Part shown: positions 33,747-45,784 of the stretch, one piece after another
Numbering within the stretch: position 1 is the first letter of the stretch
Layout of the letters: each line of letters opens with the position of its first letter
Source of the DNA: an uncultured Isosphaeraceae bacterium
Lineage (GTDB): Bacteria; Planctomycetota; Planctomycetia; Isosphaerales; Isosphaeraceae
Direction of reading: 5' to 3'
DNA: 64,000 nt
NCBI GenBank assembly: GCA_963806595.1
Contig: CAWDZZ010000004.1
Span: 191,209-255,208 of the forward strand
The notes under the pieces: model-generated
The model's input: only the letters and a program-made list of their open reading frames with translations
Database searches by the model: none
What the model was told of the DNA's origin: nothing
Position numbers and translations under genes: made by a program

Positions 33747-36700
33747 ATGAGCGCCACCAGCCCCGACGTGAAATCGATCTTCGGCCGGGCCCTGGAGATC
33801 GAGTCGCCGGCCGAGCGGTCCGCATTCCTGAGCGAGGCGTGCGCGGCCGAATCCGGCGCTGCGCGCCGAGGTCGAGGACCTGCTCCGCGCGATGGCGGGC
33901 GCCGGGGATTTCATGAATCGGCCGGCGCCGCCGGACTCGGTCACGATCTCGCACGCCCCGATCCTGGAAGGGCCCGGGCACGCGGATCGGCCCGTACAAG
34001 CTCTTGCAGCAGATCGGCGAGGGGGGCATGGGCGTCGTCTACATGGCCGAGCAGGAGCAGCCCGTCCGGCGCAAGGTCGCGCTCAAGATCATCAAGCCGG
34101 GGATGGACAGCGCCCAGGTCGTCGCGCGGTTCGAGGCCGAGCGCCAGGCGCTGGCCGTGATGGACCACACCAACATCGCCCGGGTCTTCGACGCCGGCAC
34201 GACCGAGATCCGGGCGGCCCTACTTCGTCATGGAGCTGGTCCACGGCGTGCCGATCACGAAGTTCTGCGACGACAACCAGCTCACGCCCCGCGAGCGGCT
34301 CGAGCTGTTCGTGCCGGTCTGCCAGGCGATCCAGCACGCGCACCAGAAGGGGATCATCCACCGCGACATCAAGCCGTCGAACGTGCTGGTGACGATGTAC
34401 GACGACAAGCCGGTGCCCAAGGTGATCGACTTCGGCGTGGCCAAGGCGATCGAGCAGCGGCTGACCGAGCGGACGCTGTTCACCCAGTTCGGCGCCCTGG
34501 TCGGCACGTTCGAGTACATGAGCCCCGAGCAGGCCGAGATGAACGCCTTCGGCGTGGACACGCGGAGCGACATCTACTCGCTGGGCGTGCTGCTCTACGA
34601 GCTGCTGACCGGCACGACGCCGCTGGAGAAGCAGCGGCTGCGCCAGGCGGCGCTGGGCGAGCTGGTGCGGCTGATCAAGGAGGAGGAGCCGCCGCGGCCG
34701 AGCGTGCGGCTCTCCGGCTCGGGCGACCTGCCGAAGATCGCGGCGGCGCGGAAGACCGAGCCGGCGCGGCTGTCGAAGCTGGTGCGGGGCGAGGTCGACT
34801 GGATCGTGATGAAGTGCCTGGAGAAGGACCGGACGCGGCGGTACGAGACGGCCAGCGGGCTGGCCAGGGACGTCGAGCGCTACCTGCACGACGAGCCGGT
34901 GGAGGCGTGCCCGCCGTCGGCCGGCTACCGGCTGCGGAAGTTCGCCCGCAAGCACCGGACGGCGCTGGCGGTCGCGGCGGGCTTCCTCGTCCTGCTGGTG
35001 GCCGACGTCCTCTTCAGCACGTGGCAGGCCGGGGTGGCGCAGGCGGGCCGAGCATGCGGACGAGGCGCGAGGCGGCCCGGGCCGTCGAGGCCGAGCAGCA
35101 TGGCCCGTGCAGGAGCGGGACTCGGGCCGAGGCCGGGCGGGTCGAGGCCGAGGCGGCCAGGCAATCGCTGCGGCGGTCGCTGTACGCCTCGGACATGCAA
35201 CTGGCCGAGGAGGCCTGGGAGTCGGGCGATATCCCCCGGATGCGCGACCTGCTGGAGGGGCATCGGCCGCGGCCGGGCACGCCCGACCTGCGCGGCTTCG
35301 AATGGCATTACCTGCGCGGGCTGGGCACGACCGTCCACGTCGCCACGCTGGCCCAGGACGCGACCTTCGGACGAGCTCAGTCCCGATGGGACGCGTTACG
35401 TCTACGTGGGGAGGCTCGTCGCGCCGCAGGCGCCGGACGCGGGCTCGAAGATCGAGCTGAAGCTGCTGGACGTCGCCTCGGGCCGGCCGGTGCGCACGAT
35501 CGTCCCCTTCCCGGGCGAGTCGATGAGCAACGTCGATGTTCGGCTCACGTTCAGCCCCGACGGCAAGCGTTTCCTCGCTCGCGGCTCGCGTCATGCGACG
35601 CGTCGGGCCGGTTCGATTGGCGGATCAAGGTCTTCGACTGGGAGACCGGTCGCGGCGTGTGCACGCTCGCCGATCTCGGCGGCGTGCCGGGCGCCGCGGC
35701 CTTCGACCGCTCGGGCGGGCGGCTGGCCGTGGTGATCCGTCCGGCGGCAGGGCACGGCGGGGAGCGACCTGAGGATCTGGGACCTCGCCGGCGGCAAGCA
35801 GCGCCTCGCGATCCCGTTGCCGGGCCGGCAAGTCGTGCACCTGCGGCACTCCGTGGCGTTCAGCCCCGACGGGGCCCGCCTCGCGGCCTTGACGAAGCCC
35901 GTCGGCTCCGAGGTCGTCCCGGTCCGCGGGCGAGGTCCGCGTCTGGGACGCCGGCTCGGGCGAGGAGCGGCTCCGGTTCGAGACCGGGCCGGCGTCGGCC
36001 GCCCTGGCGTACAGCCCGGACGGCAAGTGGCTGGCGGAGATCGCCGGCGGCGGGGCCTCGCACCGGCTGCGGGATGCCGGCTCGGGCAAGGAGGTCCTCG
36101 AGCTCACGTCGGCGCCGATCGCCGGGATGACGCTAGGCGATCGCCTTCAGCCCCGACGGCTCGCGGCTGGCCGGCAGTTCGGAGGATAGCAAGGTGCGGA
36201 TCTGGGACGTCACGGACGTCGAGACGGGAGGCGGCCGCGCCCCGATCCGCATCCTGGATGGAAAGATCGCCGTGCTGACCCAGGTGGCCTGGAGTGCCGA
36301 TGGCCGGCAGGTCTTCGCTTCCAGCGACGGCGGCACGGTCCTGTCGTGGCCGGTCGCCTCGCGCGAGCCGCATGTCGCGGTGAGGGGATCGGGCCAGACC
36401 GATCGGATCGCGGCAACCGCGGCCGCCGCCGGCTCGCGGTTCGCCGCCGCGTTCGAGGCCCCCGATGGGGAGACCGTGCTGAAAGTCTGGGATGAGGCCG
36501 GCAAGGTCCTCTTCACGGCGAACGCCGCCCCCGCGGGTCACTACCACCCCCCTCTTCAGCCCCAAGAAGGTCGAGCTCAGCCGCGACGGCACCCGCCTGG
36601 CCTACCACGGCTGGGATCCGGGCGGGGTGGACGGGAAGTCGAAGCCCGTCGGCCGGCTGCGCGTCTGGGATGTCGCGACGGGCCGGGAGGTGTTCCGCCG

Positions 36701-37464
36701 CGACGACGAAGGAGCCTTTCTGTATCACGCGGCCTTCAGCCCCGACGGGCGACGGCTGGCCACGACGTGGAGCGTGTGGAACGACTCCCGGGCGGAGGCG
36801 AAAGCGCTGGGAGCACTGGGTCTCGATCTGGGACCTCGAGACGGGTCGAGAACGGTTGCACCTGGACGTGCCGCTGCCGACCGACCTGGCGTTCAGCCCC
36901 GACGGCCGCCGGCTCGCGGGCGGGCTGTCCTCCGCCTGGGCGAGCCCGGGGTCGGAGAGCGAGCTCCGGGTCTGGGACGCCGCGACGGGCGAGGTCGTCC
37001 TGACGCGGAAGTTCGCGCACGGCCTGATCGATGCCGTGGCCTACAACGGCGACGGCACGTTGCTGGCCGCGGCCGTCGGCGACGTGGGCGGCGCCGGCGC
37101 GATCGAGGTGCTCGACGCCGGGAGCGGCCGGGAGCGGCTCTCGCTCGCCGGGCATCGCCAGATGATCTGGAAGCTGGCGTTCAGCCCCGACGGGACGGCG
37201 GCTGGCCTCGCTCGCCTCATTCCCGATGCAGGTGGCCGAGGTGAAGCTGTGGGACCTCGCCGGCGGCCGGGAGATGTTGACCCTGAAGACGAGCGGGGTC
37301 GACCTCAGTCGGGAGTGACGGCCTCGGGAATAGCGGCTTCGCCTTCAGCCCCGATGGTCATCGCCTGTCCTATCTTCCCGGCGGCTCGCGTCGCGAGGCC
37401 GAGGTGCAGGTCTGGGACGCCACGCCGATGCCGGATGAACCGGCCGGCGCCCCTGGAGGCCGAT
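33747..37464 (+). CDS. Ser/Thr protein kinase with a transmembrane helix and a long C-terminal WD40 beta-propeller region; at least eight apparent frameshifts.
   Basis: N-terminal '[34 protein letters not shown]', the kinase core ([41 protein letters not shown]), then '[30 protein letters not shown]...FEWHYLRGL', then WD40 units ending '...[15 protein letters not shown]'. Confidence 0.8.
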
Positions 37465-37643
37465 AACCGAGGGATGTCCACGCCGGGCCCGCCATGAAGT
37501 GAGGTCACGCCGCGGCTTTCAACGGCCAGGGGGCCGCCATGATGAGCCCGAGGCCATCCATGGCCGCCGGGTTCTGGGCTGGGCCCCGACTCCCACGCGA
37601 ATGATTGCCCGGGCGGCGGGGACACGCTTGTTCTGAACCGAGT

Positions 37644-38690
37644 TCAGTACGAATCCGCCGAGATCACTTCCCCGCCGTTCTTGCTTCCGAGAGCGGACCA
37701 AGTTTCAAGGTTTACGCTGCTCTTGATGAAGCGAATGGATCCGTCCGAGAAGAGGACGTTGACGCCGCCCGAGTGGCGACTCGAGGCGGTAGAGGCCGTG
37801 GGGCACTGGTTGGTCGCGGTCTCGATGGTTGCCGCACCGATGTTGTTGAACACACAACTGATTCCGTTGGGCGGAATGAGGTGGTTGTACCGGGTCGCCG
37901 TGTAGTAGCCGGTGATCCATGTCCGGCCGCTATAGGAATTCTGGTTCGTCGTCCCCGGTCACGCCGATCGGATTCAACGCAATGCATGTGGCGTAAACGT
38001 CGGCCTTGGCGGCTGGTGGGGGGGATGATCCCGAACCAGTCACCCGGGACGGAGGAGCGTGTTGGGGTCGCCGTCGCCGAGTATCCGTTCGGAGAAGAGG
38101 GCCGTGTTGCTCGACCCGTCGGTGATCTGGGCGAGGCCGATCGTCTTGAACGCGATGAACACCCCGTTGTTCGTTTCAATGGTCTTGGGTGGCATCCAAC
38201 GTGCCGGTGTCATTGCCCCCGTTGGCCTGGTAGTTGATCCGGGCATATCCGACGAAATCGTTCGTGTTAGCGTCATTGCCCATCCGGTCGAAGTCGGAAG
38301 GGCAAAGGAGGGCGGTGATCGAGGTCTGAACGACCGTTGTGACGCCCGGGTCCTTGACGCCCAGCGAGAAATTGATGCTGTTCGCCAGCACTGATTGTTC
38401 GATGAACGGCAGCAGCCGGGCCGTCTGACCCCAGAGATTGGTGTTGCCGGTGGCGAAACTGAAGACCGCGGGCGGGAAAGTGTCGTTGACCGAATGGTAG
38501 TTGTGAGCGGCCAGGCCGATCTGCTTGAGATTGTTCACGCACTGAATCCGGCGGGCCGCCTCACGCGCCGCTTGTATCGCGGGGAGCAACAGTGCGATGA
38601 GCACGGCGATGATGGCTATCACGACCAGTAACTCGATCAGTGTAAAACCGAGCGACCGGAGACGTGAATAGGATTTCGGATGAAGTCATT
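37644..38690 (-). CDS. DUF1559 protein of the planctomycete pseudopilin-like 'H-X9-DG' family (prepilin-type N-terminal cleavage/methylation domain); at least three apparent frameshifts.
   Basis: '[52 protein letters not shown]', internal '[11 protein letters not shown]', and C-terminal '[17 protein letters not shown]'. One frameshift coincides with a T homopolymer. Confidence 0.75.
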
Positions 38691-38805
38691 CTTTCTCGCT
38701 TTCATGGGTGATCGGTAACGAATGATCGGAAATCTGGTGATGGCAAGTCGATGTTTGATCGGCCCCCGAACGGCCCCGGGGGCTGGGCGGTCCTCGCGGC
38801 TTGGC

Positions 38806-39656
38806 TCACTCGGCTCGACCGGGCTGAACGCCCTTGACGAGGGGGCGGAGTGAGTCCGTCGCCCAGTCGTTGAGACCCTTGACGTAGTGCCGCGCCGGGA
38901 CACCCAGCCGCCGGAGGGCGAAGAGGGTTGCGTTCGAGCGGCCGCCTCCCTTTGCGTAGACGATTGTGGGAGAAACCTCGCTGATTTCGGCCTTGCTCAG
39001 GAGCGCGCGCAGCGCAGCGGCATCGACAAAGTGGCCGTCGGCGTCCACGACCTTCGAGGAATCCAGGAGCTTGGCCGACGGTATGTGGCCCGCCCGCCCG
39101 CCCGGTAAGGGCTGCTTCGAGATGGGGCAGACCCCGTTGCCGATGTACTCTTCGTAACGTACGGGCGTCGACGAGTTGATCGCTCCCGAAAGTGACCGCC
39201 GCCCGCACTTCGCCTTCGCCAACGATCAATGAAGGGTTGAACTTCACGTCATAGTCGCGCAGCGCGACCGTAGGGACCTCTGTCGTCACCGGCCGGCTGG
39301 CACGCTCCCAAGACTTGAAGATGCCGTCCACGAGCCCGACTTCGCGGTCGGCCGAGGCAAAAGCGAGGAAAAACCAGAAGCTTGGTCGCCGGGATGTGTT
39401 GCGGATCGTCGTCGTAGACGACAATCTCGACGCCGGGGCCGACGCCGAGCCCCGCCAGAACCTTCGGCCAGGCCGACTTGTCGGTCGGCCTCTCATCCTT
39501 GGCCAGAGACTCAAGAAGCTTGGGGTCAAACCAGACGGCGCCGGGGATGTGCCCCTTCGCGTAATCGGCCTTCGGACGAACATCCACCACCCGGAGCGAC
39601 GGATCGGACAGCCGCTTCTCGAAGTTCGTCGTGAGAGAGCAGGACGGGACGCTCAT
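38806..39656 (-). CDS. Two-domain rhodanese-like sulfurtransferase (thiosulfate/3-mercaptopyruvate sulfurtransferase family) with frameshifts.
   Basis: 'VVDVRPKADYAKGHIPGAVWFD' in the N-terminal rhodanese domain, and 'HIPSAKLLD...IVYAKGGGRSNATLFALRRLG' in the C-terminal one. The active-site Cys position appears to read Ala, or carries an indel. Confidence 0.55.
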
Positions 39657-40167
39657 TCGTCTTCAGCGTCTCGCCACCCTGGCAAATTGCCTGAATGCTC
39701 AAGCACAGCACCGTTGATCGAAGTAACGTGTTCACAGCCATTTCCTCATCTCCTCGATTCCATTGGTCTTGAAACAACGCGCGTACCCCATGCGGCGCCA
39801 GAATCGGGAAGGCGCGGGGACGCCCTCTCAGAATCTGGGTCCATGGGAACTTAAAGTGACTGGGTGGCGTGCGGTCGGAACGACGACCTTCGCCTGGGCG
39901 GCAGAATCCAATGCCGACCAGACGCTTCACCGCCGCCGCGAATTCTCGCGGCGCAGCCAGGTTAGCGAGCATTGTCAACTAACTCGATCGACATGATTTT
40001 TATCGTCATTTGAGATCCAGGTCAAGCTCTTTTTTTGAGAAGATTCAGAAACTACTCGCTGGGCGGCTTGCCGAGAGACGAGCTTGCTCGACCGCAGTGC
40101 CAGCGTCCCCACTGAGCTCGAAGCACTGGGATCTTCCACGTACAATCCCAGGAGAGGAGGTGTCTCC

Positions 40168-40969
40168 ATGCGGCGCAACTTGATTCTGGCGGCGGGCCTG
40201 TTTGCGTGCCTGATCCCGGCCGGCACGGTCGCGCAGGATGATCGGAAGACGGTCACGGTCGAGGTCTATGTGCCGGAGGGCGCCCGGCTGTTCATCGAGG
40301 GTCAGGAATCGAAGTCGACGACGGCGATGCGCCGGTTTGTGTCGCCGCCCTTGGTGCCGGGCAAGTACACCTACACCATCACGGCGATCATTCCCGGCCC
40401 AAACGGGCCGCGAACTGTCACCCACCGGATCGACGTTCGGCCGGGCGACTTCGGAATCGATCGACCTGCGCGAGCCGGGTAAACGGCCCATCGCCGACGT
40501 CGAATATGAACCAACGCCGCAGAATGTGGTCGATGCGGCGCTGCGGCTGGCCAAGGTAACGGAAAAGGACGTGGTCTGGGACCTTGGCTGCGGCGACGGA
40601 CGCATCCCGGTGACAGCGGCCAAGGAGTACGCCTGCAAGGCACGCGGTTTCGACATCGATCCCGAGCGCGTCAAGGATTCCCTCGCCAACGTGCGCAAGC
40701 ACGGCGTAGAGCGGCTGGTCGCGATTGAAAAGCGCGACATCTTCACGCTCGACCTGAGCAAAGGGCCGACCATCGTGACGCTCTACCTGCTGCCGAGCTT
40801 GAACGCCAAATTGTTGCCGCAACTCCGGAAGCTGCCGCCGGGCGCGCGCGTCGTTTCGGTCGCGCATCGGATGGCCGACGTCAAGCCGGACGAGCAGATC
40901 GTGGTTGATACCGAGCTCGGCGAGTTCGACGTCTATCTGTGGAAGGCGGAGACGCTCCGCGGCAAGTGA
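40168..40969 (+). CDS. Secreted protein with an N-terminal TIGR03000-like planctomycete domain fused to a class-I SAM-dependent methyltransferase-like domain; one apparent frameshift near 40440.
   Basis: Signal peptide 'MRRNLILAAGLFACLIPAGTVAQ', then 'TVTVEVYVPEGARLFIEGQ...GKYTYTITA' (TIGR03000-like), then 'VVWDLGCGDGRIPVTAAKEYACKARGFDIDPERV' (MTase motif I). Confidence 0.5.
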
Positions 40970-41061
40970 TTGTTCACGATCGCTCGTCGGCGCGGTTCTC
41001 GCTCCGGTCCCGCCGGCGGCTCATTTTTGCCAACGGGCGGAGCGAGCGGCGCTCGGCCCGC

Positions 41062-43042
41062 TTATTGTGTCCAGATGGCGGCGATGTGGTCCTGGCCGCC
41101 CGTGGTGTATCCGCTGACTGACTCCAGTCGATAGCCCTCGGAGACGAGCTGGTCGAAGGTCGACTGGTACTGGGCCGGAGTCAGGCCGTGGCGCGCCTGC
41201 CAGGCCGGCGAGCCTGAGATCTGGCGGAAGATGGCGGCGTAGAGGTCCTGCGCGCCGTCGCTGTAGCCGCAAACCACGACCGGCTGATAGCCCTGGCTGG
41301 TGACGTCGTTGAAGAAGGACTGGTACTCACCCGCAGTCAGGCCGTGGCGGGCCTGCCAGGCCGGAGCGCCGGTGTGCTTGCGCCAGATGGCGGCGTAGAG
41401 GTCCTGGCTGCCGTCGAAGTAGCCGCTAACCCAGTCGAGCACGTAGCCCTCGCCGGTGAACTGGTTGAACGCCGCCTGATACTGCGCGGCGGTCAGGCCG
41501 TGGCGAGCAGCCCACGCCGCCGGTCGCGCCTTGCTGGAAGATGCAGGCGAACCGGGGGCCGGCGGAGGTGGCGTAGCCGTTCACGAGCACGGGGTAGTAG
41601 CCTTCCGCGGTGAGCTGGTTGAACGTGGTCTGGTAGTCCGCAGCGGTCAGTCCGTGGCGGGCCTGCCAGGCGGGCGGGGAGGCGGTCTTGACCCAGAGTG
41701 CGGCGTAGAGCGGTGCCGCGCCGCCGTAGCCGCTGACGTCCATCAACTGCATACCGTGGTTGCCGACATAGTCGTTGAACGCCTCCTGGTATTGCTCGGC
41801 GGTGAGGCTGTGACGGGCGATCCAGCCGCCCGTCGGGATCGCCGGCGCGATGTTGTCGAGGTAGATCTGGGTGACGACATCGCGGAAGAACTGGCCGGTG
41901 CTTCCGATCGGGGAGTTCGCAAACACCACCAGCTCCATGTCGCGCGGCAGGAAATAGGAGAGGCTCTGCTCCGTCTGGCTGATACCCGACTCCCAGAGGC
42001 CGTTCTTGTTGTAAAGCGTGCCGAGGCTCGTCGACTGGATCAGGTCGATGCCGAAGCTGGCGTCCAGCATGCTCTGCGCGGCGGCGGCCGACATGATCGT
42101 GCCCTGGCGACGGAAGCAGCCCATCAGCTCCAGCAGGTCGTCCACCGACATGTGCCAGCCTGCGCCGCCCGATTCAGTGGTGAGGTCGCCAGAGTTCCAG
42201 CCGGCAGCGGGCGGGAAGGCGTAGGCGAGTGCGTCCGGGTCAGGATGAGTGAGCGTTGGGCCGGATACGCCGGCGGGCTGGAACAGAAATTGCGCGACGT
42301 AGTCGGCATAGGCGGTGACGGTGGTGAAATCCCAGACCTGGTCCTCGGTGGGCGCGGGGAATGTGGTGCTTGCCGGGATCGTGCCGTTCATCACCGGCAG
42401 CAGGATGCGGCAAATACCGAAGTTCATGTTTTGATAGGAGTACTGGCCGAGATTGGCGGTCGTGACGCCGCTTGCGACCTGCGCCTTCATCGTCGGGTAG
42501 GACATGTCCGAGCCGGTAACGCGAAAGCCGGATGTGTGGGTCATCAGGTCGGCGAAGGTGATCTTGTCGATGTTCGGCCCCTTGGTCCAATAAGCCGGCA
42601 GGTAGTCGATGATCTTCGTCGAGGGGGGCAGGTTGTGGGCGGCGAGCGTGCGCGTCATGGCAACGGCGGTCACGAGCTTGCTGCAGCTCGCGATGTGCAT
42701 GCGGATACTCTGTACCCAGGCCTGCGACCCGTCGGCGGGCTCCTTGGCCCAGCCGAGCTGGGCGGAGGCAATGGGCTGGCCATGTTGCCGGAGCTGCATC
42801 ACGTAGCCGGCGGTGCTGCTGGCGAGCGCACTGTTCAGGGCGGCGACGAAGCCATCGGTGTTGAACGAGAGCGCGACGCCGGCGGGCTGCGCGCGGAGGG
42901 TGAACTTCGTCGTTCCCTCCTCGAGCCCACGGGAGCTCTTGACTCCGCGAGTGTGCGGCGGCTGCATCACGTGTGCGGCGGCAGCGTCACGGTCAAACGC
43001 GAACCCAGAGGACAGGACAACGCGCCCGGCTGTTCCGTTCAT
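41062..43042 (-). CDS. Beta-lactamase-family serine hydrolase with C-terminal tandem ~45-aa repeats (BTRD1-like); one apparent frameshift near 41440-41520.
   Basis: 'HIASCSKLVTAVAM' (SxxK motif). Repeats follow the pattern 'AWQARHGLTAxxYQxxFNxL..GYxPVxVxGY'. Confidence 0.7.
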
Positions 43043-43576
43043 CAGATCCCCCTCTTTCTGCTTCGGCGGTGCTTGGAGTCCAGGCCGTGTCTCTGAAACC
43101 CAACAACCGGAGATCCTTCTCGCTCATGGCGACCATCCAGAACGCGAGGTCGTGCGCGGTCCGTTGCGTGCCGCGTCGGTAGCCGGCGGCCTGACTTGCA
43201 CGGACGCACGGCGCGCTTCAGGATGATCCGAGACGCGCTAACGCCTCGATGATCTCCACCCGGTTACGCCGCAACAAGGGCATCCGCTCGGCTTATGCGT
43301 TGCGGCGGCGCGGTTCGGTGACGTCGACCGAAGCAGCCAGGCCGCGGGGCGAGGAAGTCGGTCAGACTGGTTTCCTGGGTGGTTTTCGACTAATGGAAAC
43401 GGGGGTTGGGCCGTAGTTACAGGGAGGGCGCGACGCCTGGATTCGTGTGACACGGCGGAGCTGGTCGATTCGGCCCGGTAGCGCCACCGGCTTCGAGCGT
43501 TTGATGGCGACCGAATGGCCGGCGGCGCAGGAATGATTCCAGATTCCTTGAGGGGGAGGCTGCCCATGTTTTATCC

Positions 43577-45000
43577 GTGCACGGCGTTCGTTGCGTTCCT
43601 GGTCCGGGCGCAGCGCCGGTGGCCCTCGTGTTGGCCTGTCTCTCGTCCGCGCGAGTTCATTCTCATGCGCCGGTCGGCACGAATAACGATGGACCGGCGG
43701 CGCAGCCGCAATCGGTCGAGGTCGTCGGCACGGTCGTCGACGCCGAAACGGGCAAGCCGGTCGAGCCGTTCATCACCCAGGCGGGCAAATTTGATCCCAA
43801 GGATCCGAAGAACGTGACCTGGGGCTTCAGCGAAACGCGCAACTCGTCGGGTGGCTTCAGCGCGACGATCCGGTGGAACGAAGGCTGGACGGCGCGCATT
43901 CTCGCGGACGGCTACGTACCCCAGCCGGTTCTCAGCGAGGCTCCCCCCGCCGGACAAGTCAGAATCGAGACGGTCATTCGGCTGAAGAAGGGGCGAACTG
44001 TCCGCGGACGCGTACTCGACCATCTCGGGAAGCCGGTGAAGGGTGCCTCTGTATTCGCCGTCAGGCCCATTGGCATGACGCTCGCCGGCGGGCGGGCCGT
44101 CAATTCGTTCGACGGCGAGGAAGACCGAACCGTCCGCGGGGCGAAGACCGATTCCGAAGGGTGTTTCGAGCTGGCTCTCAGCGTTCCCGCGGGACAGGGA
44201 CGTCCGGCCGGCCCTGCGCCGACACCCGCGGGCGAAGCGCCGGGATTGGCGATATCGAGCTCGGCGCTCGACGCCTGGCCGGTGCCGCTGCCGGAGGGAG
44301 ATGCTGAAGCAGTCATCCGCCTTCCGTCTCCCACGCGAGTTGAAATCCGCTACGACATCAAGGGGAGCGATGAAGAAGCGTCGGTATTCCTGCAGTCGGT
44401 CATGCACGACGTCAACGCGTGGAAGGGATTCGAAATCATTCGCCACATTCCGATTCGAAATCAAGGGCGCGTCGAGCTCACCTCGCTTCCCCCGGGCCGG
44501 TACCAGTTCGCACGGAGCCGGATGCTCCGCCATGGGAACATCGGGCAGGGGCATTTTCTGGATCGACAGTTCGTCGACGTGGTCAGTGACAAGACGACTC
44601 TCGTTTCGTTCGTGCGGGCGACCGGCACCGGCTTGCCGGATCCGTCGAATGGGACGAGGGGACGAAGCTCACCGGCGTCATCCTCAGCGTCCGGAAGGTC
44701 GCGTCGCCCGCAGATCCCCCGAGCGAGCGACTGTTTCCGAATTTGTTCGACGCGCGGTTGCTGAGAGTGTCGTCGCACGACGGTCCGCAAGAGAAACCCG
44801 AGATCGTCGGCAATCGGGGCCTGTTCCTTACCGAGCGCATTCCGCCCGGCACCTATGAAGTGCATGCCGAGGGGTATGCTCCGCTGACACCGGAACAGGA
44901 ACGCCGCACTGGAATCATCGGGGCGACGCTCAAGGCCCAGGCGACCGTCACGGTTCCGGAGTCGGGCGTGGTCCCTTCGCTGAAGCTGGAGCTCAAGTAA
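43577..45000 (+). CDS. Secreted protein with carboxypeptidase-regulatory-like (CarbopepD_reg) beta-sandwich domains; one or two apparent frameshifts near 44640.
   Basis: 'VVGTVVDAETGKPVEPF', 'GRVLDHLGKPVKGASVF', 'AKTDSEGCFEL' and C-terminal 'GTYEVHAEGYAP'. ORFs 43577-44764 and 44743-45000. Confidence 0.45.
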
Positions 45001-45155
45001 CCTACCCCACCGGCGAATCGCAGCGGGGATTCCGATTAAGTGCATTGGCGGTTGACGCGGCGATGACGTGAGCCCCGGTCACCGGAATACCGCCGCGGCG
45101 GGCCGGGTCCGCTCTAGCGCGCGGTCAGGCGGTCCGCAGGTACGGACCAGGCGCT

Positions 45156-45347
45156 CTAGCCCGCCGGAGCGCCAAGCTTCCGGATGAGGCCACCGACAGC
45201 CAAGCCGACGGCGGCGCCGATGCCCCCGCCCAACGCGCGACCCTCGGGACCGGCGATGAAGTAGCCGAGGATGCCGCAAGCGAGGAGGCCGGCGACCATG
45301 AAGGGCGCACTTTGCTTCACGCGTTCGGTTGGAGATTTGCCCGCGTG
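45156..45347 (-). CDS. Small glycine-zipper membrane protein of about 63 aa, hypothetical.
   Basis: 'MSHAGKSPTERVKQSAPFMVAGLLACGILGYFIAGPEGRALGGGIGAAVGLAVGGLIRKLG' at the 3' end of a longer GC-artefact ORF. Confidence 0.3.
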   Translation of the reverse strand, partial: HAGKSPTERVKQSAPFMVAGLLACGILGYFIAGPEGRALGGGIGAAVGLAVGGLIRKLGAPAG

Positions 45348-45784
45348 CGACATTCGTGAGCTTCCTTTGTCAGCGGGAAGAGCTTGGTTTACACGATTCC
45401 CGCTCCTGCATGGTCCCGCGCCCGACTGTCGGCGCCAACCAGAGTTGGCCGCTTCGATGCTCAGGTTCTTGAACACGGAACGGAACGGCGCGGACCGGCA
45501 GCGCGGCTGGGGCGGTGCTTTCTGAGCACGCTCGTGGTGCGGGACTGCGTGGTTCGTGATGAACGCTGCGCAACACTGAGTCCAACCCCACCGTTCATTG
45601 CGCAGAGGACCGCGAAGGTTAATGCGACCACCCGGAAACGATCGCGGCTGTCCGACGACGTGCGGCGGCACGGATGCAAAGGCAAGGCGGATTCGCGATA
45701 ATCCAGGCGACGCAATTCAATGACCGGGGCGGCTCTGGAGTCTGGGGGCTTGCCCGATCGACCGACGACGTTCGGAGCCATTTC

